NCBI GenBank assembly: GCA_964276515.1
Contig: OZ193909.1
Coordinates: 7,192,001-7,256,000, forward strand
Origin: Gordius albopunctatus
Taxonomy: Eukaryota
Length of the DNA: 64,000 nt
Direction: 5' to 3'
Shown: positions 13,071 to 26,100 of the stretch, piece after piece
Layout of the letters: every line of letters begins with the position of its first letter
Position numbering within the stretch: the first letter of the stretch is position 1
Made by a program: the position numbers and the translations under genes
The notes under the pieces: generated by a model
What the model was told of the DNA's origin: nothing
Database searches by the model: none
What the model saw: only the letters and a program-made list of their open reading frames with translations

Positions 13071-15809
13071 CCATCATCTTTAAACTTAGAATGAAGACAA
13101 AAAATAAAATAATAACAGACTACACATTATTCACACAATCGCGCAAAATCCTGAATGTATATATTTTATATAATACACAAAATAATGGTTATAAATTTGA
13201 TGTCGTTTTTAATAATTATCAACAAATGCTCTTGAACATATTTTTTGAGAGTTTGACTTTTCACTAATGGCACCAGCAACCAATCTTTGTAACTTAGGCA
13301 CGACCAGCTGGAACTATTTTACTTGGAAATTTTTAAAGGTGACTTAATAGAGAAATATCATCTAAAATATCAGGCTTTGTGTGTAAAGTTTCCTCAGTTT
13401 CAGTTCTAGCAACATATTTTTTGTATCAGATTTTGGGTCTCCAGCAAAAAATAAATTTGAAACATTGCAAGTTGGCATATTATTTTGTCTTGAGTGAGTT
13501 CATTCTGCTTGAATTTAAATTATTTAGCATGACCTTGAGCAAATATAGAAGCAAATGATTATATTGCTTCGCATTCTAATAAATTAATTTTATTTTTTTT
13601 CCTTGGTTTTTTGATAATCCCCGAGTTAGATTTGGATAAAAACATTTTAGAGCCACCCATCGTTAAATCACGTAAAACCTTCAATCAAAGAAGTCTTTGA
13701 TTTTTTATCTAGCGGCACTCCTGATTTATTAAAATTAACTTTGACATCCTTTTATCTCTTACATTTTGAAAATCACCCACTTCTTTGCAAATTTTATTAA
13801 TCCTAAAGAATTTAGAAATATTTAGACCGTATTATAAAGTTCAAGGTAAACCAAACAAAGTCACGTCCTTGATCTTGGTGACAACTACAGGTAAATTTTT
13901 GACTATCCAATTTTTACTTTTACACTAGTCTCTCTCATAACATCTAGTGGTTGTTGATCATAAACGTTAAAGGTGATAGCTTGTCTCAACGTTGGATTAA
14001 AATTTGATCCAAATCTTCCTATTGATGATTAAGACAAAATAGAATATCATTTAAATTAGACATTACTGTTGCCTACTAAGCCCTACTTTTCAAATTTATT
14101 TATTCGAGTTATTCCCCTCATAACTTTCATATGCATGTCCACCCTGAATAATAATATTGTTTTTTTTAAAAAGCTATCGTAGAGTACAATTTTTTGGCAC
14201 TTATACCATAGTGCAGTGCTACCCGGGAAACCTGTAATTGTGACCTATCGCATGGGTGACATCAATATCGTAAAATTATACAAGGAATATATATTTTATT
14301 TAAACCTATACCAAGTCTAATGTATAATAACTTGGTACGCTATTACTTTTTATACGCCGAGTTTTATTTTGTATAAATAAACACAAATTTATAGGAATTA
14401 ATTATACAACTGCGTATTGCGTTTATATATCAAAAAATTAAATAATCATCGATAATCTTCTGGGAAGATCTAAATTAATCGATGCGCTTCCATGAAGGAC
14501 GTCACTGGATTCCATTCTACGAAAATAAATCGATATCGTGCAATTAATTGATTGACTCATCGGAACTTGGTTGGGAACTTATTTTTCGGAAATTGATATC
14601 CGCTACAGATACTCTCTTCCCAGATACATTGGTTAATGTATCGGTTAAAAGGGGGGGGGTAAATGTGAATTATGTGAAATATTCGCGAAGCTTTCTCGGC
14701 CAATAAACCCATCTGCCCTTACGTGTCACTTTCTGTGAATTTTTAACCTCTATAGTTGTTTCTGCTGATTGATTTTGTGTTTGATCGGCGAGAAAAAAAT
14801 ATTTGTGCAGTCGGAAGGTGAAGAAAGTGGGTTTTTGTGGAGGGTCGTTTTTTATGAAGGAAAGTGTTTCCGATAGGTGGTGTCTAATTTGTTATTTCGT
14901 TGCAATAATCTCAGTATAGAGTTTAAACTTTTTGTGGTCATGTTTTATCTTAGTTTTTCCACAAAATTATGTATTTGCATTTTTGATCGTTGCAGTAACT
15001 CCGGTTGTTGTAAAAAATATTCACCTAGAATTTGTATTTTGGTCACTCCGTTAAATGTGATGGCGTGTGTCGTGTTTGCGTAATTGGCAAATAAAATTGG
15101 ATGCATCCTAGCTCCGGAATCGATTAGAGGTTCACGATTTGTGTTAATGGAGTGTTAATATGTTCGCCAACCAGGTGAGATAAAATTGTAAGTTGGTTAG
15201 GTTAAAGATGTGGACGTTTTTTTTAGTACGACAGCAAAGTGCAATCGAGTAAAAAGTCCATGTGCGCTGCTTTCAATTGCGCTGAAAAAATGATTTGTTA
15301 GGCCTGGTAAAATTGTTGAAGTTGCCATTGTTTGCAGGTAACTGAATTTAGTGCTGATTAATTTGTTTTCTCATCAGAGGGGAGATGGGGGGGGGGTGTT
15401 TTGCCCCCCCCCCCCCTTATTTTTTATCCTCTTTCTCACCGGCTGGGGGAAAGGGTTAAGCCCTTCCTCCAGATCCCCTGGTTTCGCTATCGTTCTACCA
15501 GGGGCGTTTATTGATCTAACTATATACAGTACATATGATATGATCAAAAGCGAAAATTTTAGGGTAAAAATGTAACGAAAAGTAAAAGGGGGCAGAAAGC
15601 GTATAAACGTGGGAACAATTAGTGTGAGCGAGAAAAATGAGCGAATGACGGTGGGATCCTTGGAAGCGTTTATATAGTGGCACGGTCACGTGTCTAGGGA
15701 TTTGGTTCGTTTTCCCTTCGCTTATGATAATATTTTCCCTTTCCCAGAAGCCTAAGTCTATTTCTTCTTCGATATTCTCTAAACTTGGGAGTTCGAAGGA
15801 GGTGTCTCC

Positions 15810-17598
15810 TCAATCTGCGGTGCTGCGGTCCTTGGGCATCCAAAGTCGTGATGGTTCGTCGGCCGGATTCATTGTGGTCGAGATCCATTCCAGATTGAAG
15901 TGGATCTTTAGGAGGTGCGCTTTGGATATCAAGCCCCGTTTTGGACGGCTACCAGGTACGCGTAGATGGCTGCGAGTGTTTCGGCTGCCGTGATGTGGTT
16001 TGTGTTTACACAGTCTAGGCCTATCGCATCTGCTGCTTGTTTGAACGAGACTGAGAACTTGATGTTCTCCCATGATATTCCGATATGTGTATCGGATGCG
16101 TCAGCATAGATTGTTGTGTCATGGTCCTCGTGTATTGGGATGGTTGTTTAGAGAAGTGCTAGGCATCCCGCCCTCGTGCCAGAGGTCTGTCATGTGCAGT
16201 GCCTTTCCCTGTTGACACCGCGTAGAAGGCCGTGAAGAGTTTCGACATTCCCGTGAGGTTATAGAAAAAATAGTTCATTACCCCCAAGGCTTCCAGCATG
16301 GTGTAGTTGGTTGGGGGGACGTTCGTTGATAGGTACAGGTAGAGGATGTCAGCTGCGTAGGTAAGCCTTGCTTTTGTTTCTAACGAGCAGCTGATTTTGT
16401 GCGTTTCGAAGTTGAGTAACAACCCCAGGTAGCTGAGTTCCTTCCAGGCATGATGGAGGATTTTGCCGTATTGATCGTTAGACCCCATTCCTTGGCTATC
16501 TCTGCTATTTCACCCAGATCGGTTGCTACGTCGTCCTCATTTTGTGCGAAGATGAGGCTATCGTCTAAGTAGACGTTGTAGTGACAGTGCTTGATCGAGG
16601 TTTTTACGAGGTCTGCCACAATGGTTTGTAATACGTACGGGCTGAAGGAAGCTTCCATTGGTAGAACGTTGTATTGAAACAGCTTCCCTCTCCATTTGAA
16701 TCCGCAGTATTTTTTGTAATTATTATGCAGCGGGATGCTGAAGAAAGCCGCCTTGAGGTCAATTTTCGCGGCGTAGTTTGCCTCTGCCAGGGATTTAGAC
16801 GTTAATGGGATTGTTGCCAGTTTGACCGGAAGAAGTCTGAAGTTCTTTGATGCTTCAGATAGATCGGTGATTACTCGGGCATCCCCATTGCTCTTAGCTA
16901 TATAGAAGGTCGAGGACGTGACCACGAGCGCTTGCGTCTCGGAAACAACGGACTCTTCTTTCATAGTTGTAAAATAGCTTGGCGACCCTTTTGACGTGCG
17001 CCTCCATCTGTCTGGCTTGAATAAGCCGCCATTCTGCTGTATTTTGGGCAGGTCCAGTGGAGGTTTGAACCCTTCGAACGCCACTTTGAGTGTGAATTCC
17101 GACATTAACGGGCGCGGTTTGAGTCGGGACGTTCTAATATCCAGCTTCCCCGTGGGTTTCTGGTTAGTGCTAGTTTTCCCCCACTTGAAGAGCGTTTTGT
17201 GCTGCTCTATGAGGTTCGGGATAGCTCCCGATCCTAATTCGCCATCCGTGGGTTCCTTGGTAGGGTTGATGCGTTCCTCTACCTCTGGCGGCGGTGGGGG
17301 TGTTTTTGGTGGTTGATCGTCGTCATTATCGTTGTTAGGTGTAGGGGAAAAAAGCTGACGACGCGTCTCCTTGAGGAAGTCTTTGATCTTCCTCCACCAG
17401 TCAGGAGCTTTGTGGCTTTGGTCCCCTGCGAGAGTCGGTACATCCGAAGGCCCGTACTCCCACTCGTTTAGCGTTTGCTTCAGAAGTTTACGAACGCGGG
17501 GCAGGGGCCGCGTTCTTCTTGAAGTGTCGGCCCGGCTTGCTGCCTCGGCCCCTGCCAGCGCTTGGAAAAAACGATTTCTTTGGCGATTTTGGGACTGT
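15810..17598 (-). pseudogene. Reverse transcriptase / RNase H of the DIRS/Ngaro or hepadnavirus-like type, frameshifted
   Basis: Motifs FYIAKSNGDARVITDLSEAS, IDLKAAFFSIPLH, LPMEASFSPY, YLDD, GLTINTAKS and LSYLG; RNase H motifs IYADAS, HITAAETLAA and WISTTMNPADEPSR. Frameshifts near 16450 and 16170, and a stop/deletion near 15925. Confidence 0.9.
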
Positions 17599-18160
17599 CA
17601 CTTCCACGCTTTGGAAGCCCATATCTGATAACCAAGTGGTAACGTGCCGGATGGCTGTAGCCCAATTAAATTTAATCGCTAGGCACAACGTTTTTAATTG
17701 TTTGTCGTGGACTGTTAAGACTTCCAGAGGGGATAATGGTGTGCACACTTGCGACATAAGGATCGCGTACTTGGCCTCGTGTCGGTCTCTTTTCTGGACT
17801 CTAAGGTCCGGGTCTATAAGTAATTCACTAAGCCCTTGAGTGTGCTTGGCGATGTCTTCGCAAATGGCTACCGGCGTTTTAGGTTGTTCTGGGGCTGGCA
17901 CGATTTGCACCGTCGATGGCATTCTTGCTAGGGAGCCCACTACCGAGAAAGAGTTCTCCAGCATCTCCCTCATGGCATCGATCTGCCTTTGATTCGCTCA
18001 CGCCGCTTCGGCGTTGTTTCTGGCTTGTTCCCTTTGAAATTCCACGAGTTGTGCAGTTAGCTCCGTTGGGCCCGCACCGGGTAACCCTGGTCTAACAGGG
18101 CTCAACGGAGGACTGGCTATTGGTGGCTCCCTTTGGGTTACATTTCTTCCTTTTGTTATT
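17488..18160 (-). pseudogene. ORF1 (gag/core-like) of the retroelement
   Basis: One frame broken by a single TGA near 17998. Pro-rich N-terminus, coiled-coil-like stretch and basic C-terminal tail (PKSPKK..GRGRGSKPGRHFKK); preceded by a strong acceptor-like ttttctccag. Confidence 0.6.
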
Positions 18161-18518
18161 CTGGAGAAAAGGTGCACTTAATTTTAGGGTAAAAATTTAA
18201 CGAAAAGTAAAAGGGGGCAGAAAGCGTATAAACGTGGGAACAATTAGAGTGAGCGATAAAAATGAGCGAATGACGGTGTGATCCTTGGAAGCGTTTATAT
18301 AGTGGCACGATCACGTGTCTACCCTCTGGTGAGAAAGAGGATAAAAATAAGGGGGGGGGGCAAATCACCCCCCCCCCCTTCCCCTCCCATCTCGTAAGAA
18401 AGAGAATAAAAAATAAGGGGGGGGCAAAGCACCCCCCTCCCCCATCTCCCCTCTGGTGAGAAAGAGGATAAAAAATAAGGGGGGCGGCAAAGTTCTTAAT
18501 TTATTTATGATATATAAT

Positions 18519-18792
18519 ATGAGCAAATATTGTAAGTGACTAAAAAAGTTTAACAAAAGCAATTCAATCTACTATCTGCTCGAATTTACTGCCCGAGCTC
18601 CTGCTAAATTTTTTAACAGATTTGGCTGCTTCGACTAACTTCTCGAGCATTTTTATGTGCTACTACTGTTAAAACTATTGCACCGAACAGTTAGCACTCA
18701 TTGTGCTAAACTGGCATATTACCCAGCTACAGTTCGTGCTCGAGCATAGCACATTAGTTAGCATTGCTAAAGTTAGCAATTTAACAACTCTA
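18519..18792. mobile_element. Terminal fragment of the TAGAGTTGTT hAT MITE family
   Basis: Ends in gttagcaatttaacaactcta, as 6176-6377 does; near-identical to 35291-35563. Confidence 0.75.
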
Positions 18793-20194
18793 CCTATGAC
18801 GATAACCCAGATTGTTTGACATCAGTAATTGATTCGGTGGTAGTAGTAGCGATGCATTGCAAATCACCTAGTTTTTCTATATCTCTTCGGCCGCATCCGC
18901 GGAGAGGGATACCAATAAATACGCATAATTTACTTTTTGGGAAATTATCCTTCTTGTTGTAAAAAGAGCGTCTATTTGGGATATCCATATTTGAATATTC
19001 TTCGAGTAGAATTCAGGAAGGTTTATGTATACTGATGATTACTGTTTTACAGTTTCCACAGGTGGGATATTGTTGACTGAAATGGATGGGTCCGTGATGA
19101 GAGATAGCAAGTCTTTTGTTTCCATTTAATTGACTTAACGAATTTTGAGAGAGAAAATTAAGAAATAAAAAATATTATTTTCGAGTTATTCCAGGTATGT
19201 CCTAACTAGAAGTAGCGGGGGTTGGTGAATATGTATAGAATATATATAGTTTCCCCTGATAGATCAGTTAGTTGTCTTGAATAAGTTCCTTGGTGGCGTG
19301 ATGATTCCACTTGATGTACGGCATAGTTGTGTGAATAAGGATTTTAACGAATAATTGGTTAATCCTTTGAATGCCGAAAATTATACCAAAAGGTAGTGCT
19401 CGTGGGGGTGGGTTAGTGAAAATTAAAAAAAAATTTTTTCGCCCCCTGACCTGAAAAGCGGCGTCACCAATTATAATAACTTGGTACGCTATTACTTTTT
19501 ATACGCCGAGTTTTATTTTGTATAAATAAACAAAAATTTATAGGAATTAATTATACAACTCCGTATTGCGTTTATATATCAAAAAATTAGATAATTATCG
19601 ATAATCTTCTGGGAAGATCTAAATTAATCGATGCGCTTCCATGAAGGATGATTATTATTCTGGGAAGATCTAAATTAATCGATGCGCTTCCATGAAGGAC
19701 GTATACGAAAATAAATCGATATCTTGCAATTGATTGATTGACTCATCGGAACTTGGTTTGGAACTTATTTCTCGGAAATTGACATCCGCTACAAATGATG
19801 TCATCTAACTGAATAAAAATCTATAGGGCAATTATTTGTATTTTAGTCTAAGTTCTCTGAAAGTTGGCAATAGACTTTTTTATTCCATAGAAGGTGCAAA
19901 ATTGTTTGTCGATTTATGGGAAATTTGTCCAACCGACTGGACATAGTCGCCATACTTGATTAGATTTATTAAGTATTTAATAGGGCATAGGTCATAGACA
20001 AATCAATAAATTGAATATCCTTAAAATAAATATGAAGAATATATATAAAAAGTTATTTACTAATTTTGGAAATCAGCTTACGAATAACCTGTCCCAAAAG
20101 TACTTAAGTGTTACACTAATGTAATTTTTGTGTTTATAAGCGCATGTCATATGTTTAAGTTATGGTTTATAGTCGAGTGTGCATACATTGACTC

Positions 20195-23100
20195 ATGCTT
20201 CAATGTTCAAATAAAAGGATTAAAAATTTGTTATACAAATGTAAGTGAAATATAATATTATAAATAGGAAAATTGTGTGTGCCTATTCTGTTATTTAGCT
20301 AGTATTTTAATTTTGTTAATTTTTAAATATTTCTTTCCCCTTATGAAATATTTTAGATTTTGAGTATTCAACTGTATCTCAAATTAAGGAATGTAATGCA
20401 ATTAATGACCAATATAGATCAAAAGAAGAAATTAAGGGTGATTTATTGAATGGTAATAAGACCTCACTACACATTATATATTTTGGATGAATTTCACAAT
20501 ATATAAAATGATATTGTTATAACATAGAAACTTATTTTGTTTAATTAATAGTATTAGAAAATAGGATGTGTCAACTCAATGTTATTAATAAAGAATATCC
20601 TATATCTACACCATCCAATAAAGTACCTATTGGTACAGGACAAACTGCAGATATTAAATTAGATCATGGAGCTTTTAGTGAATCAAATGTTTCAATTCCA
20701 AAGCATTGTAATTCTAAAGAAGCTAATGCGATTAAAACCAAAGAATGTATATTAGCAAAAAACAAACAAACAGTACCAAGTGTATCTAAATTTAAACGTA
20801 AGGGCACTATTTTTAAATTTCCAAAAATCTCTTTGGTCCCATCTGATCCTAAAATTATTGATAAAAATATTGAAAAGCCACTGAACAAGTTTCAATTGCA
20901 ACATTTGAATAAATTGGCATGCATGCAAAAACACAGCTACCAAGCTATAGAATTGAATGGCAAAAATGTGTCTTTCAATGAAAGTCTTAAATTTTTTGCA
21001 CAAGCATGTCTAGACGCTTCTGCTGTAAGTTTAAAATATTCTTTAAATGCCATTATATTTCATATTTATGTATAATTTATATTAGGATAATATTAATATT
21101 AATCCCCTGAAATCAAAGACAGACATGCTAATGCTTCAAAAGAAATTTGATGTACTGTGTCAAAAGGTAAATACAAAATTTTTGATATTATTGTAAAAAA
21201 ACTGTTTAGCAAAAATACTCCTTGATCTTGCATCACTTAGCTAAACTAAATCATGAAGGACAACCCCTTGATTTTCACATATTTCAAAAATTACTCACAA
21301 ATGTGATGGATCGAGATGCACAGCAGTGTGTCTATTTAATGCCAAGAATAATCACTATCATGCACAATGCGGTATTAGTTTTTATATACCCCTTCTATTG
21401 TTTTTGTTAGTGATAGAGGTTAATGACTTATTGTTTAAGAGTGTTCTTAGGTTGAATTTTATTTGTTTTACTATATTGAATACATCAGGATGGCAGGAGA
21501 TTGCCTATAATAATTTAACATGATTCTTATATTTATTTAGCCATGCTTTTTTCCAAACTAAGATAGGCACAAACGTTTAGAGTTATGATCTTACTTGTCA
21601 GATATTAGTTTTGAATGGCCATTTCTATGCGGTTGAATAAAAAATTAGGTGGCAGGGCTATAAGTATTTTTTATTTATTTAAAACGATTTTATTTTATCC
21701 AAAAGGTGTTTTATAAAATGATTGCAAGGGGAGTCTGGACAGTTAATTAATAATATTCTATTAAAGGGTTTACCAATAACAATGGCCATACAGAGAATAA
21801 GGGAGTTGGACAATTATCTGAGAAACAAGCTGGAAAAATATGTGGCTGAATATATAAATCAGGATGTTAAAAATTTAAGGATCCTTATTGGTAGTGACAC
21901 AACCACCCAGGGGGTATTTTTGTTAATTTATGTTTATTATCTTATTACTTTACTCATTAATTTATGTATAATGTAAAAAAAAGTTATTAAAGAATAACAG
22001 TCTATATGTTTTGGCTATGTCAAACCAATATCATTTTATTCTTTATTTCATCTTTCTATTTTTTGGCCAAATACACCTATGAATTATTAAATAAACTCAT
22101 AATTAATCAAGGTTCAATCAAATGATGGGCTCGAGTACCTTGAATTTGAATATATGGGGTGTAATGATAATCCAGAAAAAGATAAACTTAGTAACTACAA
22201 GGGTTCACCTTCCACGGATTCTTCTCACACTGAAAATATGGTAAGTTTTTTTTACAATTTCAACGGTTATTGAACATCTCAGAGTCATTAGCCCTATACT
22301 GAGTTTATATTTAAATAACATATGGCCAAACGTCCTTGATATAGTTTGAAAGTTAAAGTTATGATACACCTTAAATTATATGTCTACAAATCTTAGATTT
22401 TTATAAGATATGTACATTTATCTTATAAAAACCTTAAAATGTATTAAGTAATTTACCTTTAAGTCAAAAATTAAATCCAAGTGAAATTTTTCGTCTGCTT
22501 TTGACTGCTGTGCTTTTTTAAACTTTGCCCACATCTTGTAAACAATTCTTAGCTTTAGTTAATTAATGGTGATATAACAAATGAAATTTAAAAAATAATT
22601 TATAAAGTCAAAACCTAAGATCTTAATAACTCTATCTTTACTGCCTCTGCATCTTTTATGACAAAACTATTTCTGAATAGGAAGTTCTTAGGAATTAATT
22701 ATTTTTTTAAGTAAAGGCTTACCCCATGTTATGTTCGATACTGTAATGTAGACCTTTTAATATATTTTATCATTTAATTTGTAAATTATTCAATTCGTTT
22801 AATTGTTGTTTTATTCTCCTAACTTTGACTATATTTTATGCTATATGTAATAAATCCATCTTGTCTAGAGTTTCTCTTGGTGAATTATAAATTAATACCT
22901 AGATTTGGGACAAACCTTTAATCGTTTGCCAATACATTTTCCTATACTAAACTTGTTACTACTCCAAAATTTTAATAATTTATTAAGATATTTACATAAT
23001 TTCAGGTGATTAAGGCCCACGGCACTTTGGTGCATTTGGGTATGAAATCGTACAAAAGATTAAGAAGCGCCGAGCTAAGAAATTCCTCTACCTCCCTCAC

Positions 23101-26100
23101 TACAGTTAGTTCCATCGACCCTTTCAATATGTTACTGCAGTTTTGGGCGCGGAAGGTAAGATTAAGTTTCTTAATTTTTCTTTCATCTTAACGCGTTTTA
23201 TAAATTTTGATTTATTCAATTACTTTAGTTGTAAACATGAGCGTAGCCAGGATTTGGAAAAGGGGCACAATAAGGATGATCATTGAAAATATGATAACAA
23301 TGAAATAGGAAAATTTTTTAAATTAAAATAAGGTGTATCCCGCCTCGGTGAGAAGTCGGTTGATCAAAATTAAAAAAGAAATGTCTAGTGATGATAGGTC
23401 ACTTAAATTTTGGCAGCCAAAATTTCTCTGATTTCATTTTAAGGTTGTTGAGGCTTTTATTTTACCTCCGATATTTGCAATTAAAACGCCCAAATTTATT
23501 GTAGTTGCTTAAAAAATTAAGCCTTAAATGATCCTTGTGTTATATTATTTACGCGACGGCCATGCTTTGTATAAAATTATACAATATTTTCCAACTTCCC
23601 TAAACTCCAACTGCGATCAGTTTGGCAAGCATGGTTTTGCCTTCCTGCCAACGCGTTATGGAAATGACATTCTCGCTGCAATATAGTTTTCATGAGATTT
23701 ATTTAAAATTCGGAATCCACTAAAAATCTTTGCTAATAATCTGTAAACATTCCTTTGTTTTGAAGGGTTACGTGTCGCAGATGCAAACACTTTACCACAT
23801 GATAAAATGCCTTGGCATTTTACCCGACCTGCAAACTTACGCAAACTTTTTCCTCTGCTTTGGCCGTCACCAATTTAGTCCGGCCGAAAACGTCAGCACC
23901 TTTCTAATCGAGCTCATAAATTCTCTCGAAAAACAGGTTGAACATTTCACATCGTCTTTTCATAAATTATTATTTGAAATAACATGTATTTTTTCATGAA
24001 TTTTGATTAATAGGTATTAAATAACTATACTATCGTTTGGGAAAATTGAAATTTTGCAGGGAGATGAATTATTGGGTGTTACATTTTAACATTCAGATTT
24101 CAAAAATATTATTTGTCTAAATTATATTTGAGATTATAACTGTAATAAAGACGATCAAGGATTAGCATGAGAATTTTTTTAAGTCAATACACTTAGGTGT
24201 GGTTTGCAATGTTTTATTTAAAATAATATCATATTATATGATTAATTGATTGATTGATTTAGTCTCTCAAGCTTAACGATGTGCTGACCACGGAGCAATA
24301 TTCTGGGGAAGACGTTGAAACCATTATAAAGGTAATTATAATTTTGCCAAAATCAATAGATAGCTATTTGTGAACATTATTAAACAATACATTTAAGAAA
24401 ATTATTAACAGGAGCATTAGAGGTTAAAAAATCTCCTTCTTTATCAGTTATTTGGTCCCACATTGGTGGGGTTTGTTTTGATGAGTTTCTTCCATCTTGA
24501 CCGGGTGAGTGCCGCCATGTCTTGACTAATCTCCGGGGTCATCCTCTTCCTCTCTTCCCCGGTACTTCCATGTCCAGTACTTTTCGATTTACGTCATCCG
24601 TGTCCCTCCTTAGTATATGCCCATACCACCTTAGCCGATTTTCGTTAATCATGTCCGCCATAGGTTTAATACCCGTTTTTTGCTAGAGAAAGTCATTCGT
24701 CATATGGTCGAGCTTAGTATACCCCAAGCTCCACCGTATCATTCTCATCTCTGTGGCTTGTAATTAGTGATGATCAAAACCTAGGTCAGGTTTTCCCGAG
24801 GTCCAACCTCAGGTCGGTTTTAGGTTCAGGTTTTCAAAAACCTGATAAGGTTTTTTGAACACCCGAACCTTAACCTGAGGTTCATCCCGAAAATCAACCT
24901 GAAAAACCTTCAGGTCAATTTTACACCCAACCTGAAAACCCAGGTTGACCTCAGGTTAACCTAAAAAGAATCTCTTGTTTTATGCGATAAATTTAAGAAT
25001 AAATGTTTTATGGTACTTTAACTATTTTCCTTTTTCAAGATGCATCACATTTTTGAAATTATATATAATTTTAAATGAATAAAAAATATATTTTTGTTAT
25101 TATTTAAAAAAAAATTTAGATTTTTTTAATATAGAAATGATTTAAACATTAATTATGTATATATGTGAATGCTGCCATCTACGTATTAATAAATTTGCAT
25201 AAAGCGTTGGGCATGCATATACTATGCGTATGCGGGAACGGGATAGCAGTGTTACTCTTAGTAGTATTATATGTTGTGTGTGTGTGTGATAAAATTATGG
25301 GGCTGTGTGGGTGGGGTGTGTGTTATATGCGTATCCTGAAAACCTTCTACACACCCTATTCTCTCCCTTCCAACCTTAACCCACCCGGTTCCAACCTGAA
25401 CACTCCCGGTTCCCACCTTGTTCCAACCTAAACACACCCCACCCAGCCTATACGCACACCCAATTCGTGCCTTAAGTCCCCTCCCACCCCTCCCCCCAAT
25501 TATTTGCTTGTTGCTGAAATGCAATATGCAGCATGTGCGAGATAAAATTAAGAAAGGGCGCGCCGTGCATGCAATATATGTGCAACTTTTTAGTTTGCTT
25601 GCTTGAGTTGCATTCTACAATTAGTAGGCGTGCCAAATAAAATCTTATTACTGCTCTGCTAGTGTCTGACTTTGGAGGGTGAGGGTACATGCATTGCATT
25701 ATTTTTATTTATGTGCTAGGGGGTGGGGTCAAACACTCTAATTATAATCGTATATTAAAGGAAAAAAACCTGATTATCACTTTCACTTTTCTATTTCTAT
25801 TCACTAAAAAAAACATTTTTATTAATTATCTAAAATATTGAGATCGGGGCTTTTAGGAGAGAAGCTAGTGCCAGCTATTTGACCAGATAAAACAAATTTT
25901 GTTTTTGAATAATTTATTAAAGTTATTTTAAATAGAAATAGTTTCAGATATTTTATTTTTTAGCCCCTCTTTAAGTTTAATTTATTTACATCTTTCATTC
26001 ATATTATTAATGCGATACTAATTATACACGACTTGTACAATTATTTTTTATTCAAGATAAATTATCCAATGTATTACAACAAATAAAACTATTTATATCT

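Larger units (their letters stand above)
15370..18485 (-). mobile_element. Integrase-less retroelement with DIRS/hepadnavirus-like RT-RNase H, 142-bp direct repeats and outer inverted G/C-run repeats
   Basis: GC-rich island. Direct repeats at 15555-15696 and 18180-18321. The segment 15370-15441 is the reverse complement of the tandem units at 18322-18485. ORF1 overlaps the RT-RH frame. Confidence 0.8.
14323..19793 (-). mobile_element. Decayed, internally deleted Gypsy-type LTR retrotransposon carrying nested insertions
   Basis: LTRs at 14323-14607 and 19472-19793 (TGTAGC...TTATA on the minus strand); 4-bp TSD AATG; PBS TGGTGACGCC two bases inside the 5' LTR; PPT GGGAAGAGAG before the 3' LTR; protease motif LIDSGA at about 15110-15130. 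No RT or integrase of its own was seen. Confidence 0.85.

Noticed and set aside
13200..14300. Possible decayed coding sequence on the minus strand
   Set aside because: Many stops and no recognisable motif.
15366..15505. Hammerhead ribozyme suggested by CTGATGA and CGAAAC on the minus strand
   Set aside because: Motif order and stems do not form a hammerhead core, and sister units read CTGGTGA.
15440..15810. Ngaro/PAT-style split direct repeats (B1-A2-B2)
   Set aside because: The sequences on either side of the 3' repeat do not match each other.
25165..25699. Short ORFs in the hAT arms (mirrored at 32199-32733)
   Set aside because: Low-complexity TIR sequence; the recurrence is explained by the inverted repeat.
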